Counted from the first letter of the whole stretch, positions 1 through 10,430 are shown. The stretch: 28,298 nt of DNA, filler included, from an uncultured virus (IMG/VR IMGVR_UViG_2061766007_001638) (3 parts of one record of this genome joined end to end with filler, not necessarily neighbours in it); one strand, 5' to 3'. Numbers and translations: made by a program. Notes: generated from the letters alone by a model not told the origin.

Positions 1-2
1 CT

Positions 3-518
3 TCAGATTATGATTATTTTCCTGCAGCTCGTGTTAGAATGGTTTCAAGTGATGGTTCATCTTCAATAATATTAAAAGTCATTGGAATGGAAGAACAACC
101 TGAATATTGGGGTGTAGAGCCTTGGAATAACTGGAGTGGATATTGGGGAACTGGAATATGTCAATCACAAACTGGATATAATACCATTACGCCTATTGTC
201 GATGAACTTACTGGTAATATAATATCTTATCCGCCTGAAGTGATGGAAGTAATGTTTATTATGGAACTTGGATATAATATATGGGATGATAATGCTGGAG
301 AAGAAGGAGATTATGTTTGGCAAACATTAGCTGAATCAGCTCCTGAATTATATAAAGATTTGGTTTCACGATATATGTATGCACAAGGTGATATTAGACC
401 AGNNNNNNNNNNNNNNNNNNNNNNNNNNNNNNNNNNNNNNNNNNNNNTATACAAAAACTACACCAGAACCTTCGTCAATCCTTCTCATCCTGATTGGAAT
501 GGGGCCACTATTCCTTAA
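3..518 (+). CDS. Hypothetical protein, 5'-truncated, W/Y/G-rich, with an internal N gap
   Basis: The frame is open from the window edge (SDYDYFPAARVRMVSSDG...) to TAA at 516-518. No family recognised. Confidence 0.6.
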   Translation, partial: SDYDYFPAARVRMVSSDGSSSIILKVIGMEEQPEYWGVEPWNNWSGYWGTGICQSQTGYNTITPIVDELTGNIISYPPEVMEVMFIMELGYNIWDDNAGEEGDYVWQTLAESAPELYKDLVSRYMYAQGDIRPXXXXXXXXXXXXXXXXYKNYTRTFVNPSHPDWNGATIP

Positions 519-533
519 GAGAAAAACCAACAC

Positions 534-1088
534 ATGACAGACGCTACCGAAGAAACTGAAACCGAAGAATTCGTAACTCCAAGAGATTTCACGGAGAAAT
601 TGTTCGGACAATACAAAGAAGTGGATTTCGGGAATGGAGAACCAGAAAGATGGCTCGACGTGATAAGTTCAAGAATCGGGGAAAAACTGAGATTCAGGAC
701 TTACCGTATCATGAAGGTGAAATACCAATTTCTGGTTGGAATATTCGACGAACTCGGGAACGTTCTCGTCTGTAACGCGAACAAGTATTTCCTGTTCGAA
801 AGCGACGAAGTTATTCCAGCATACCTTGGTTTTTACATGGGAAGCGGCACCATGTGGGACATGACACCAGACGAAGCGAAAAAGGAATGTATCGCCAACC
901 TTTACAGGAGGTTTTACACGAACTACACGCTTAGAAAGGTCCAGAAGAAAGGAATCGGATTTGGAGAGGGACATTATAGGCCAGTGGACCATTATTACAT
1001 TTTCGAAGGAAATGAGTTCAACCCGATACCAGAGTCTGACACTTACGAAAGCCTCGTGTACAGGATGGATATGGAATACGAGAGGTGA
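534..1088 (+). CDS. Hypothetical phage protein (184 aa)
   Basis: Uninterrupted ATG-to-TGA ORF with no TAG. Confidence 0.75.
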   Translation: MTDATEETETEEFVTPRDFTEKLFGQYKEVDFGNGEPERWLDVISSRIGEKLRFRTYRIMKVKYQFLVGIFDELGNVLVCNANKYFLFESDEVIPAYLGFYMGSGTMWDMTPDEAKKECIANLYRRFYTNYTLRKVQKKGIGFGEGHYRPVDHYYIFEGNEFNPIPESDTYESLVYRMDMEYER

Positions 1089-1103
1089 TTCCGACGAATA
1101 AAC

Positions 1104-1132
1104 TTGACTAATCTGTCTGTTTTCAGTATAAT
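1104..1132 (+). promoter_or_regulatory. Sigma70-type early promoter
   Basis: TTGACT (1104-1109), 17-nt spacer, TATAAT (1127-1132); ATG follows 6 nt later at 1139. Confidence 0.8.
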
Positions 1133-1138
1133 GGTGTC

Positions 1139-1567
1139 ATGTTCAGTAAAATAAAGACACTCTTTCAAAGACTTTCATTATTCGTCTGCGGATACACGTG
1201 GAAGGAGACGGATAAAGTCGTCGACGACATGCACAGGTGGGAAACGGAGGACAGGGACGTGTCAAGGAAGATATTCTCATATTTCAGGATTCTAAACAAG
1301 GTGGACGGACTGAAAGTGTGGATTAGCAGCGGTTCTCCGTTCAGTCCGTTCTCTGGCGACTGCCATCTCCACATGACCCTTGAGGGAGGGGGATTCTATG
1401 ACAACAAGACCCAGTACTTCACGTCAATAAAGGGACTTCTTGCTTTCATGGAAAGCGGGTTGTGCGGGACCACGCTTTCAACCAAAGGAAAATCGTTCAC
1501 GTTTCCTAGTTTCAGGACCAAGAATGAGCTTGAGATGAAGCTCCAGCTCATGGGGCTAATCGATTAA
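1139..1567 (+). CDS. Hypothetical protein (142 aa)
   Basis: ATG-to-TAA ORF directly behind a near-consensus promoter; no TAG. Confidence 0.75.
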   Translation: MFSKIKTLFQRLSLFVCGYTWKETDKVVDDMHRWETEDRDVSRKIFSYFRILNKVDGLKVWISSGSPFSPFSGDCHLHMTLEGGGFYDNKTQYFTSIKGLLAFMESGLCGTTLSTKGKSFTFPSFRTKNELEMKLQLMGLID

Positions 1568-1629
1568 CGGTATAATATAACCCAACAGAGGAGAAAAGCA
1601 GAGTGTACACAATCGGAAACGACCCGAGC

Positions 1630-1729
1630 NNNNNNNNNNNNNNNNNNNNNNNNNNNNNNNNNNNNNNNNNNNNTTAATTAATTAANNNNNNNNNNNNNNN
1701 NNNNNNNNNNNNNNNNNNNNNNNNNNNNN
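1630..1729. other. Artificial contig-joining linker
   Basis: 44 N, TTAATTAATTAA (1674-1685; stops in all six frames), 44 N. Confidence 0.95.
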
Positions 1730-1839
1730 AAAAGCGATTTATTTTCTGTCTATTCCGTTCAGGCCGTACACGTTAGGAAAAATTGTCTATGACAAGATGA
1801 TAAATCGTAAGTACAAAAAGGAATCGGAAAAACAAAGGA

Positions 1840-2832
1840 ATGACAAAAATGGACGAGAGTCTTTCACTTGAGGATAAGATAAAGCTCATTGATTCTAAGA
1901 TTGAGGACATGAAGAAAAGAAACGTTGAGCTTAAGGACGTGTATGACAGGATGAAATCCGAGGCTTCCCAGAATCGGGAAGACGACGAGGAGATAACAGA
2001 CATGGTCAAGCGCATACGAGAACAGCACAGGACGAACGCCGAGCAGTGGATGCGTGAAAACGGATATGAAGACATGATTGAAAAGCAACTTGNNNNNNNN
2101 NNNNNNNNNNNNNNNNNNNNNTAGACGGAAATAGCATCTGGAACGACGCGAGAAAAGACACGAAGCTCGCGTACGAAAAAATCGAGGAATCAAAGAAGAT
2201 GGTCGCAAAGGCAATCAACATCCTCGAAGCTACTGTGGAAAAAGTGAAGTGGGCTTGTGAAGACGCAGACTGGGACAACGGGGNNNNNNNNNNCCAGCCG
2301 AACGGGGAGTACAGCGTCGCGTCCCGTTCCCAGACTTTCAACGTAAAGAGAATGAGGGACAACGACGAAGAGAACATCTACACGAAATTCTCCGAAAAGG
2401 CGGTGAATGCTGGACTCTGGTACGCGAAGACGTTCAATACCGTAATCGCGTTTCGCGGGGAGATTTGCTGCGAGGCCGTCCAGAACTTCGGAATNNNNNN
2501 NNNNNNNNNNNNNNNNNNNNNGCGAGTTCCCATACGAGGAGAACTGGTTCCTGAGACATGGAGTATACGGAACGGTTAACCACTTCCTCAAGGTCGTCGA
2601 GACGTGCAGGAAGGCTGGTTACGACGTCGACACGGTTCCAGTGGTCATGGGAGAAGAAGACAACGAGGTCCTCGTGACCAAGGTTCTTCTCAAGTCTTTC
2701 AACGACGCGCCAGCGGAGGACGGAGAGGGAGTTGTCCTGAACATCAAATGCGAGGACCCGAGCCAGGAGCTGAAGAGTTTCGTGTGGCACTACAAGTCCA
2801 AGTCCCGCGAGTATCTTCAGAAAATCAAGTGA
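1840..2832 (+). CDS. Hypothetical protein or proteins with an N-terminal coiled coil, broken by three N gaps
   Basis: MTKMDESL... continues after the gaps as DGNSIWNDARKD...MVAKAINIL... and EFPYEENWFLRHG...LQKIK, ending in TGA. It could be two genes. Confidence 0.55.
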
Positions 2833-2841
2833 GCTGTTGAA

Positions 2842-3025
2842 ATGTCTGAAATATCAATCGCGGTGTTTTCGTACTGCATANNNNNNNNNNNNNNNNNNNN
2901 NNNNNNNNNNAAGGAAGAACGGAAGGGAGAGTATGCGGATAACCCCAGGAATGGCGTTGTTCCTGGCCGTAATCTGGCCAATAGGACTTGTTGCCGCGTA
3001 CATGGCGTTTATGAGAAACCGATAA
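2842..3025 (+). CDS. Small putative membrane protein
   Basis: MSEISIAVFSYCI-gap-RITPGMALFLAVIWPIGLVAAYMAFMRNR, ending in TAA; hydrophobic segments. Confidence 0.5.
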
Positions 3026-3041
3026 CACATATAATATTGAC

Positions 3042-3311
3042 ATGAAGAAGATTGTTTTAGCGTTGTGCATGGCGTTTGGACTTGCATTTGCTTCTGGCCC
3101 CGACACCAAAAAGAAAGAAGATACGAAGGAACGTGTCGTCGAGCTGTCCAAAATTGACTGGGCTAACGTTCAGAGGGGAATGGCGGCTTCAAACCGCTAC
3201 CATTTCGTTGAGCAGAACGTGACGTTGGTCATCACGAACAAGGTAGATGATGTTTTCCCGATGACTCTTCCTCCATATAGGCCGATTGGACGGAGCGCGG
3301 AGAGGATAGAG
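3042..3311 (+). CDS. Putative secreted protein, 3'-truncated by the linker
   Basis: Signal-peptide-like MKKIVLALCMAFGLAFA-S; TATAAT at 3030-3035 lies 6 nt before the ATG. Confidence 0.6.
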
Positions 3312-3411
3312 NNNNNNNNNNNNNNNNNNNNNNNNNNNNNNNNNNNNNNNNNNNNTTAATTAATTAANNNNNNNNNNNNNNNNNNNNNNNNNNNNNNNNN
3401 NNNNNNNNNNN
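3312..3411. other. Artificial contig-joining linker
   Basis: 44 N, TTAATTAATTAA (3356-3367), 44 N. Confidence 0.95.
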
Positions 3412-3465
3412 CGATTCCTCTCTCCTCCATCCACCTGTCATATTCATCTTCCCATGTAGAGAAAC

Positions 3466-5168
3466 TCAACTATTCCGTATTTCCTTCCATCCTCGCTCCT
3501 TGTTCCTGGAAATTATACGCCTTATATTGTTCGCGCCAACTGGATTCGCACTATGAATATGTACAGTAACGTTATCGCATCCGCAGAAATCAAGATAATC
3601 GAAGCATCTTACGTAATCCCCTCCCTGAGACTGGTAGTCTCCAGCATCGTGGTCTGTGTCTATGAGTGTTACGTCCGAAAAATCGTTTCTTTCGTGGCAC
3701 CAGTCAATGAAATCGTTCACACTTTTGAACCACTTGAACCCATCTGGGGCTTCCCTTATGTCGTCAATCCATATCTTTATTCCGTTCTCTGGGACTTCGT
3801 CCGACTTCTCTCCGCCGATGTCTTTCTCGGCTTCTTGGATGTTTCCCTCTTCGTCCCTATATATTCCCATGAGCCTGTCGTAGATTTCCTTTAGGTTGTC
3901 GTTTTCTTTCTTGTCATTGACATTGTGGAACGCAAGCCTGACAGTCCATACGTCATCGGCACAATCGTTGCTCCAGTCTATCAGCCATACGTGTCCGAAC
4001 TGTTCAAGAAGCTTTTTCACGAGCTTTTTCACGACAGCCAGATATGTGACAAGCTTTCTTTCGGTTCCAGCTCCGTTGCATCCCCCGAAAACCGTGATTA
4101 TGTAATCGTCATACTCTGTTCTGTGGACAGAACTCAATCTGAGACTGTCTTCCTTGTGCTCTTCGTCTGGGTCGGCCTGACAATCCTTCACAATATCGTT
4201 TACGACGACGAAAATCCAATCACTTGACGGAATGTCCATCCATTTTTCGCCCCACTGGTTCACTGGCTTGTCGTCGTAGTCTGGAATCCAGTCTTCCATA
4301 AGAAGCTTCAGGCTGTTGTGGACGAATTTTCTTGTCTCCTGGATATTTTCTCTTCCATTATCAGTCATTGGGAACTTTTCCTCACTTTTGAACGAACACC
4401 GATACTCTGGCTCGTCATCTTTTTCGTCATCTGCAAGAATCTTCACGTCGCAGACTATTGAATAGTAGTACTTGTCCCCGTCCTTGAGCTTCTTGTCTAT
4501 TCCCTTGGCCCTGAACTGTATTCGTCCTATCCTGTACGCCTCCGAAAGGGTCTTCAATTCCCCGCCGTCCATTGTCTTGAGGCCAAGCGGATTGTATTCT
4601 GGGTCGACTATGTACAGTTCGTCGTCTACCTGGATGTAATAGACTGGCTCGTACTTTGCGGTCTTGTAGTATTCCGCTATCTTCTCCCCGAAACCCTCCA
4701 GCGGAACCTTGTCGGTTATGAACTGGACGTCGTTTTCCGNNNNNNNNNNNNNNNCACGCCTCTATGAGCTCTGTCGACAGGTCTTTCGGGATGTTGATGT
4801 CTTCCGTCTTGAGGTATTCCTTGCAAAATGAAATGAATCTCTAAGAGCCTCTTTCCAGAGCCTCAAGATAAATCTGCGTAAGATGGTCTTCCTCTTCCTT
4901 CGTCGTCGTACATGTCCATTTTCCTTCCTTGTACTTGAATGAAGGTCCTCCTAGGTTCGCGTACTTGTTAAGTTTGACTTCCAGCCATATGTTCTTCTCG
5001 TTTTNNNNNNNNNNNNTAGAACTTCGTGTCCGAGCCTTCATATCTTGAAACCTTTAGGTTTGAAAATGGTTCACCCTGTGATTGCAGAAACTTCTCGAGA
5101 TTGTCCTTTATCTGAACCTCGAATTTGTCCGATTTCGTTTCGGATGTCTTTGTCCCTTCGCCTATCAT
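3466..5168 (-). CDS. PD-(D/E)xK nuclease-like domain fused to a C-terminal cyclic-phosphate-processing receiver (cREC)-like domain
   Basis: MIGEGTK...GSDTKF-gap-IWLEVKLN...LERGS[TAG 4841-4843]RFISF-gap-IAEYYK..YYIQVDD..YNPLGLK, then the supplied 368-aa ORF ending IWIDDIREAP..IDTDHDAG..HIHSANPVGANNI and TGA. GTAAATA at 5177-5183. Confidence 0.65.
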
Positions 5169-5200
5169 AGTATTAATATTTACGTATCCCAAAATTCTTG

Positions 5201-7023
5201 TCATTGGTTTTTGGCAGTGTCTTCTATGCTCTTTGACATTGTCAATTTCTCTTTTTGCGTCTTAAGATACGTTGTTAAGTGCAGCCTTGACGCATCCCTT
5301 ACCGATACAATTNNNNNNNNNNNNNNNNNNNNNNNNNNNNACTCTGCAAAACTCTAAACATTCTTCAATTCAAGAGGATTTCCTTTGTTTTTTGAATTTC
5401 CTCCTATAAAATACACGTCATCGCCAATCTCTATGTATCTACATCCCTTTCTCTTGTAATAGCTGTCTATGCTATCTATAATCTAGTCTTTGAAACTCTT
5501 TCCGTTTTCACTTTCGGAATCCTCAAACGTAAACAACGTGTATTTCTTGTCAGTTTCATCTTGATTTTGTTCTTCGTCTCCGTCCGTATGCGGCTTTTTG
5601 CTGGGAAGGAAATCATCGGTTGAGATGAAAAGTTTGTATATTTCCCTGAATTTTGTAAATTCATCAGAAAACATCATTCTTCCGTCATTTCCGCATAATT
5701 TTTTAAATTTTTCTTTTATTATCTTTGCTATNNNNNNNNNNNNNNNNNNNNNNNNNNNNATATATGTAATTTGATGAAAGAAACATGAATTTTCTAACCC
5801 ACTCCAAAACGAAGAAATTAAAAACTTTAGCTAACTGCTCAAATCCTTCTGGGAAATTCTTTGCCTCTTCTGGGTTGAAATTAAGTTTTTCCTAGACATT
5901 CTCGATTTGATTCAAACTATCTATGCAAAACTATACATTTTCTCCAAGCTGTAAAAACTTGTTCCTTATGGCATCTGATGTTGTCATTATATCAGTTAAC
6001 AATTTATTAAATTTCTTGTCTGTGTATGAAGTTTTCCTGGTATCATTTTCTCTGTAATATGTGTCTCTTACTTTACTGAGTTTCCCGTCTTTGAACATTA
6101 GACTAAACTTAAAATATCCAGCGTCCTCATAATTAAGCTTCACTTCTACGAAGCCAGTCAGCNNNNNNNNNNNNTGTACATAACGTCAGAATCATTAGAG
6201 CCGCCGACCCACGCAGCACCTGGTTCATCTACGTGGTTTTTTGAATCGTTTTTGCCAGTTATGAGCAAATTTAAACCGTCTCTTACGGAAACCTCTTTCT
6301 TTTCCCAGTCTTTTACTGGCTTGGAGTCCCTTGTTTTGATTTTTGAAGTATTTAATATGTCTTCGTTAACGTTTTCTTCTTNNNNNNNNNNNNNNNNNNN
6401 NNNNNNNNNTTTGCACTGTCATCAAACTTGTCACCAGAATTTTCATACGATTTACGTCTGAACTCTACTGCATCCTGAACGTTTAATAACTAGTCCCGTG
6501 TTTCATCTATGTTTATGTCAACACCGTCTTTACCGAAAAACTCGTCTTTATATTTTTTAATCTATTCAATGGTATCTTTTTCGTTATTTTTGATGTTAAT
6601 CGTTTTGTTTATAAGGTTAAAAACTATTTTTCTGTCATTTATCTCATATATTCTATTTTTCAGAAGGTCGTACATCACGGAAAAGAATTCCATATCAGTT
6701 TTCGTAATCATCATCCACGGTTTTCCTNNNNNNNNNNNNNNNNNNNNNNNNNNNNNTTTTTTCCACTTATTGACCATGTTCTGAAAAATGCAGAATTTAT
6801 CTTTTTGAGTTTTGTATTCTTTAAAATCTACTGGAATCTCCGCACTTCCATTATTTTCAAGATTGATTAAACCATACGCACTGGTTTTTCCCAAACGCTT
6901 GAACGTGAATATAAAATCATCTGTATTAAGAACAAACTAATCTTCATCATAAGATTCTTTGTTCTAAGATTCTGATAGTGTTTTTTTGGACCACCCAATG
7001 AAAAACTGTTTGAAATTTTCCAT
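5201..7023 (-). CDS. Large PD-(D/E)xK nuclease-like protein related to the downstream gene; 8 in-frame TAG
   Basis: ATG at 7023 with GAGGTG upstream. TAG at 6964, 6937, 6562, 6490, 5931, 5892, 5483 and 5354. Motifs GGSNDSDV-gap-GFVEVKLN and YYKRKGCRYIEIGDDVY..NPLELK; TGA at 5201-5203. Spans five N gaps. Confidence 0.6.
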
Positions 7024-7038
7024 TTATTAATCTTCACC

Positions 7039-8346
7039 TCATTTTTTCAGAAGATGCAATATTTGATTTATCTGCCCGAACTGTCCGACTATCTTATAGC
7101 ATCTGCCAGTCTTTCCAAGCTTTATGATTACACCTTCGCTTGGGAAGAAATTCTCTTTCCAGTTGTCAAGCTTCTTCATGTTCTTGTTGAACATCTTTAG
7201 TTTTTCCTTGGTGAGCTTTCCGTTGTCCTTCTCTATTTCGCTGATTGCGCTTTCAAGTTCCAATGCAAGCTTCTGGGAGGTCTTAGACGGGTCGGCAGAA
7301 ATGAATCCAGTGACGTTCTTCAAAAGAAGGCTTCCAGCTTTCGACACCAAAGATTCGACTGGACGCATTATCTCCTCGTTCATCTCGTCTTTCTGGGATT
7401 CAAGGGTCTCCATGACTTTTCTGTACTCTTCGGAATGGACGTTCACCCCAGCCCTCTTTGCGAAAGTGCAGATGTCGCTCTTCGTAGGACGCTTCCCACT
7501 CAGATAATTCAGCCTGTCCGCCATCTCCTTCAGGAACTGGCAGTCCTTGTCGACCCCTATTCCGTTATGGTTGCAAACGTTTATGATATAGCGTTTAAGG
7601 CGCTCGTTTGCATAGTCCTGAATGGTCGTATTGAGGGAGAACCCATCTATGAGCTTGTCGAAGTCCTCCATCAGCATCCCGAGGGCTTTCGACGCATTTA
7701 CGCTGTCCTTCATCCTGAGGACGTTCTGCTACGTAATCTCGAACATTTCCTGTTTCAGGGCGTCGTGTCTCTTGAGGGTTTCGTAAAGCCATTTTGAAGA
7801 ATCCCTGTCCTCCGAAATCTTGTTGAACTTATCGTCAAACACGTCTACGCTGTTCAGCTGGAGAAGACACCTGTTTCCGTAATCCAGGATGTTCGCGCAT
7901 GGAGGATACACGATTTCAATGTTCGCGAAATTCTGTCCGTTGTTAAATAATCTCAGCAAATCCTTCTGTTCAATGGACGACAGGGCTTTTTGCAGGCTTT
8001 CTGCGGACGTCACGAACGCTTCCTTGAGCTTTGGGTTTCCGTCAAAGTACTGTCCTAGCTTGGATATGTTCATCGGCTCCTTAAGGGATGCCTTGTTTCT
8101 CGCGAATCCAAAATTTCCATCCTTGAACGTGACCATTATGTTTGCTCCGTCGAGCTTTTCCGTCAGGGTGGTCTTTCCCTGAAACACGTCTTGCAATATC
8201 GAACGCATTTCACCGAAGGTCATTTTTCCGTCTTCGTAAAGATGCATTATCCTCTATGCGGCCCCTCCTTCCAGGATTATCTCTTTGTCAAAAACCTCTT
8301 TAACTATCGCTCCGAGGTCGAGCCTGTCTTCAGGTGTCAGTTTCAT
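7039..8346 (-). CDS. Ligase-like covalent nucleotidyltransferase-fold protein (KxDG motif), 435 aa
   Basis: MKLTPEDR...IILEGGAA[TAG 8254]RIMHLYED..TEKLDGANIMVTFKDG..ARNK..NIEIVY..MFEIT[TAG 7729]QNVLRMKD..SEGVIIK..YKIVGQF, TGA. No N gaps; the two supplied ORFs join in frame. Confidence 0.7.
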
Positions 8347-8407
8347 GCGCTTTTCTTTCCGATAATAAGTATTTCTGGAGTAATTAAAGTAGTACTCCTA
8401 TTAGGGA

Positions 8408-8438
8408 TATTTACCATTATCCCGTATTTCAGTATAAT
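8408..8438. promoter_or_regulatory. Overlapping divergent promoters: late GTAAATA (minus, 8408-8414) and sigma70-like TTTACC-17-TATAAT (plus)
   Basis: -35 TTTACC at 8410-8415, 17-nt spacer, TATAAT at 8433-8438; TATTTAC at 8408-8414. Confidence 0.6.
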
Positions 8439-8462
8439 ATTCTACATAGATAGGTTTTAACG

Positions 8463-9167
8463 ATGAAATTTGCAAACGCAAAATCCAAAAGCACCAAGCA
8501 ATAGAAAAAGGCATAGAAGAAAATGCCATTTGGGGGATAGGGAAGGACCTCGAAGAAAAGGAAGACAGCCGTCGACATGACGGACGAGGAATTAGAGGAG
8601 ATGATGCGAAAGAAAAGGGAAAGGGACGAAAATCCACAGATAAGGGAAAGATATTACGTCACGAACGCGGACCTTCTTAGGGAACTTGAAAAATGGAGGG
8701 ACAGCAACAAGAAGGAAGAGGAGAGAGAAAGGAAAAAATGGGAGAATCTCCCAAAATCCGTAACACAGGGAAAGGAATTCCAAGTCGACTACAACAAAAG
8801 GACCATTTCGGAAGAGCTTGGAAAGATGTTCATGGAACTTGCAAGGAAAATCTCCAACCATTCGTTTTTCAGGAACTATACATTGCAGGACAAATAGGAC
8901 ATGATGGGATACGCATATGAAAAGCTGATTACGGGACTTCCAAACTACAACTTCAAGTACAAAAACGCGTTTGCCTATCTAAGCCAGGTCTGCTTCAACG
9001 CATTCAAGACCACGCTTTCGAAATACTACAAGCAAATAAACATAAGACGCTCACTTACCAAAAAGGCTATTGTCGAACTAAACACATACCTCCCGAACTC
9101 AAGCATATCAAAATGCCTGAATAACCAGTTCGAGGGAAACGACTACGACGATTTCTCGGAGTACTGA
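8463..9167 (+). CDS. gp55: T4 gp55-like late sigma factor with 4 in-frame TAG
   Basis: YYVTNADLLREL..W, ISEELGKMFMELARKIS..FRNYT..DK[TAG 8895]DMMGYA and NAFAYLSQVCFNAF match gp55-family motifs. The in-frame ATG at 8463 adds a basic extension with TAG at 8502, 8514 and 8538; 8577 is an alternative start. Confidence 0.85.
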
Positions 9168-9168
9168 C

Positions 9169-9753
9169 ATGAGCACACAGAAGATAAACGAAGCATTGGG
9201 AATAGAGTCAATCGACTCGTTTCTCTCGTCATTGGACATAGACGACAAGAAAATCGACCAACTGAGCCAGGTGGACGAACAAGTGAGGGGCGACATAGAG
9301 AGAATAGATGCCCAAATGGACAATTACAAGAACGGCGGAATAGAAAAGGTCAACCTGGACGACATTTCCACAAGTCTCGGACACATAAAAGAGCTGGTTG
9401 AAGTCTCAAAAGATACCATAAGATACATATACCAGCAGATAATAGATTCTGAACTTGTCGATTCGGAACTTGTTGGAAGTTTTTCCAAGTTGCTCGAGGC
9501 CGTACATATCCAGATTTCCGAATACATCGGACTTTACAAAGACAGGCAGAATTTCTACTATAAAGTCAAGCTCGAAGCGATAAAACAGCAGAACAAGCTT
9601 GAGCAAATGAGACTGAAACAGGAATTTGACCTCGAGAAAATAGAGAAATCCAAGAAAAACGACGCAGTAACAGTCGACAACATGAAAGTCGCATACAGCC
9701 AGGAAGACTTAATCAAGCAGTTGGACGATGCGGACAATCCTGATTAGAATTGA
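9169..9753 (+). CDS. Helical protein, possibly gp16-like small terminase
   Basis: Reading through TAG 9745 gives ...NPD[TAG]N and TGA at 9751-9753. The helical pattern and C-terminal TVDNMKVAYSQEDLIKQL resemble T4-like TerS only weakly. Confidence 0.4.
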
Positions 9754-10430
9754 CCTTGCGTCTCTTGTAGTTCCTGCATATTCCGTTCGGGTCTACCTTG
9801 GGCCTTGCGTCAAGCCTGAACATAAATGGATTATTTGGATAACGCGGACACCTTCTTGGGGGTGAAATGAAATCAGAACAATCGCACGGCGGCGCTCCGA
9901 GTTCCCATCCGAAACTTCCTTCTGGGCCTTTATTGCACAGTTCTCCGTGAATCCACCAATGGTGGTCGCATCCATGATTGTCATACGTGCATTTTCTGCA
10001 TGGGTCTCCGTCAATCGTGTCGTTGAAGAATTTAAAATTTTCTGGATTCCTGCAAATCATGCGTCTTCCGTGTCGATTCCTTCTTTCATCCTTCGTTTCA
10101 GAGAATTCGCAGTTGAAACAGCAGTCTGGGTCTATCTTCCTATACTGAATCTTGTCCGCGTACACCCAGATGTCNNNNNNNNNNNNNNNNNNNNNNNNNN
10201 NNNNAGTTCTTTACCTTCCGTTCAAGACACTTCTCGGCCTCAAAAAGAGTCTGGAATCTCTCCGTGTCTCCGATTCCTTCTCCTTCTGCATTGTAAACCT
10301 GAACACAATAAAGCGTGACTGGAGCGGAGTCTGTCGGTTCGTCTGCCGNNNNNNNNNNNNNNNNNNNNNNNNNNNNNNNNNNNNNNTCCACTGTCTTCTG
10401 GGACTCTTCTATTCTGACGGAACGTTTCAT
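9713..10430 (-). CDS. Cys-rich hypothetical late protein
   Basis: MKRSVRIEES..., two gaps, then IWVYADKIQYRKIDPDCCFNC..CRKC..C..CDC..GICRNY and TGA. GTAAATA at 10442-10448. Confidence 0.6.

Noticed and set aside
1630..3411. Two TTAATTAATTAA palindromes as a biological repeat
   Set aside because: Each is centred in 44+44 N and places stops in all six frames, so it is an assembly linker. Adjacency across them is not meaningful.
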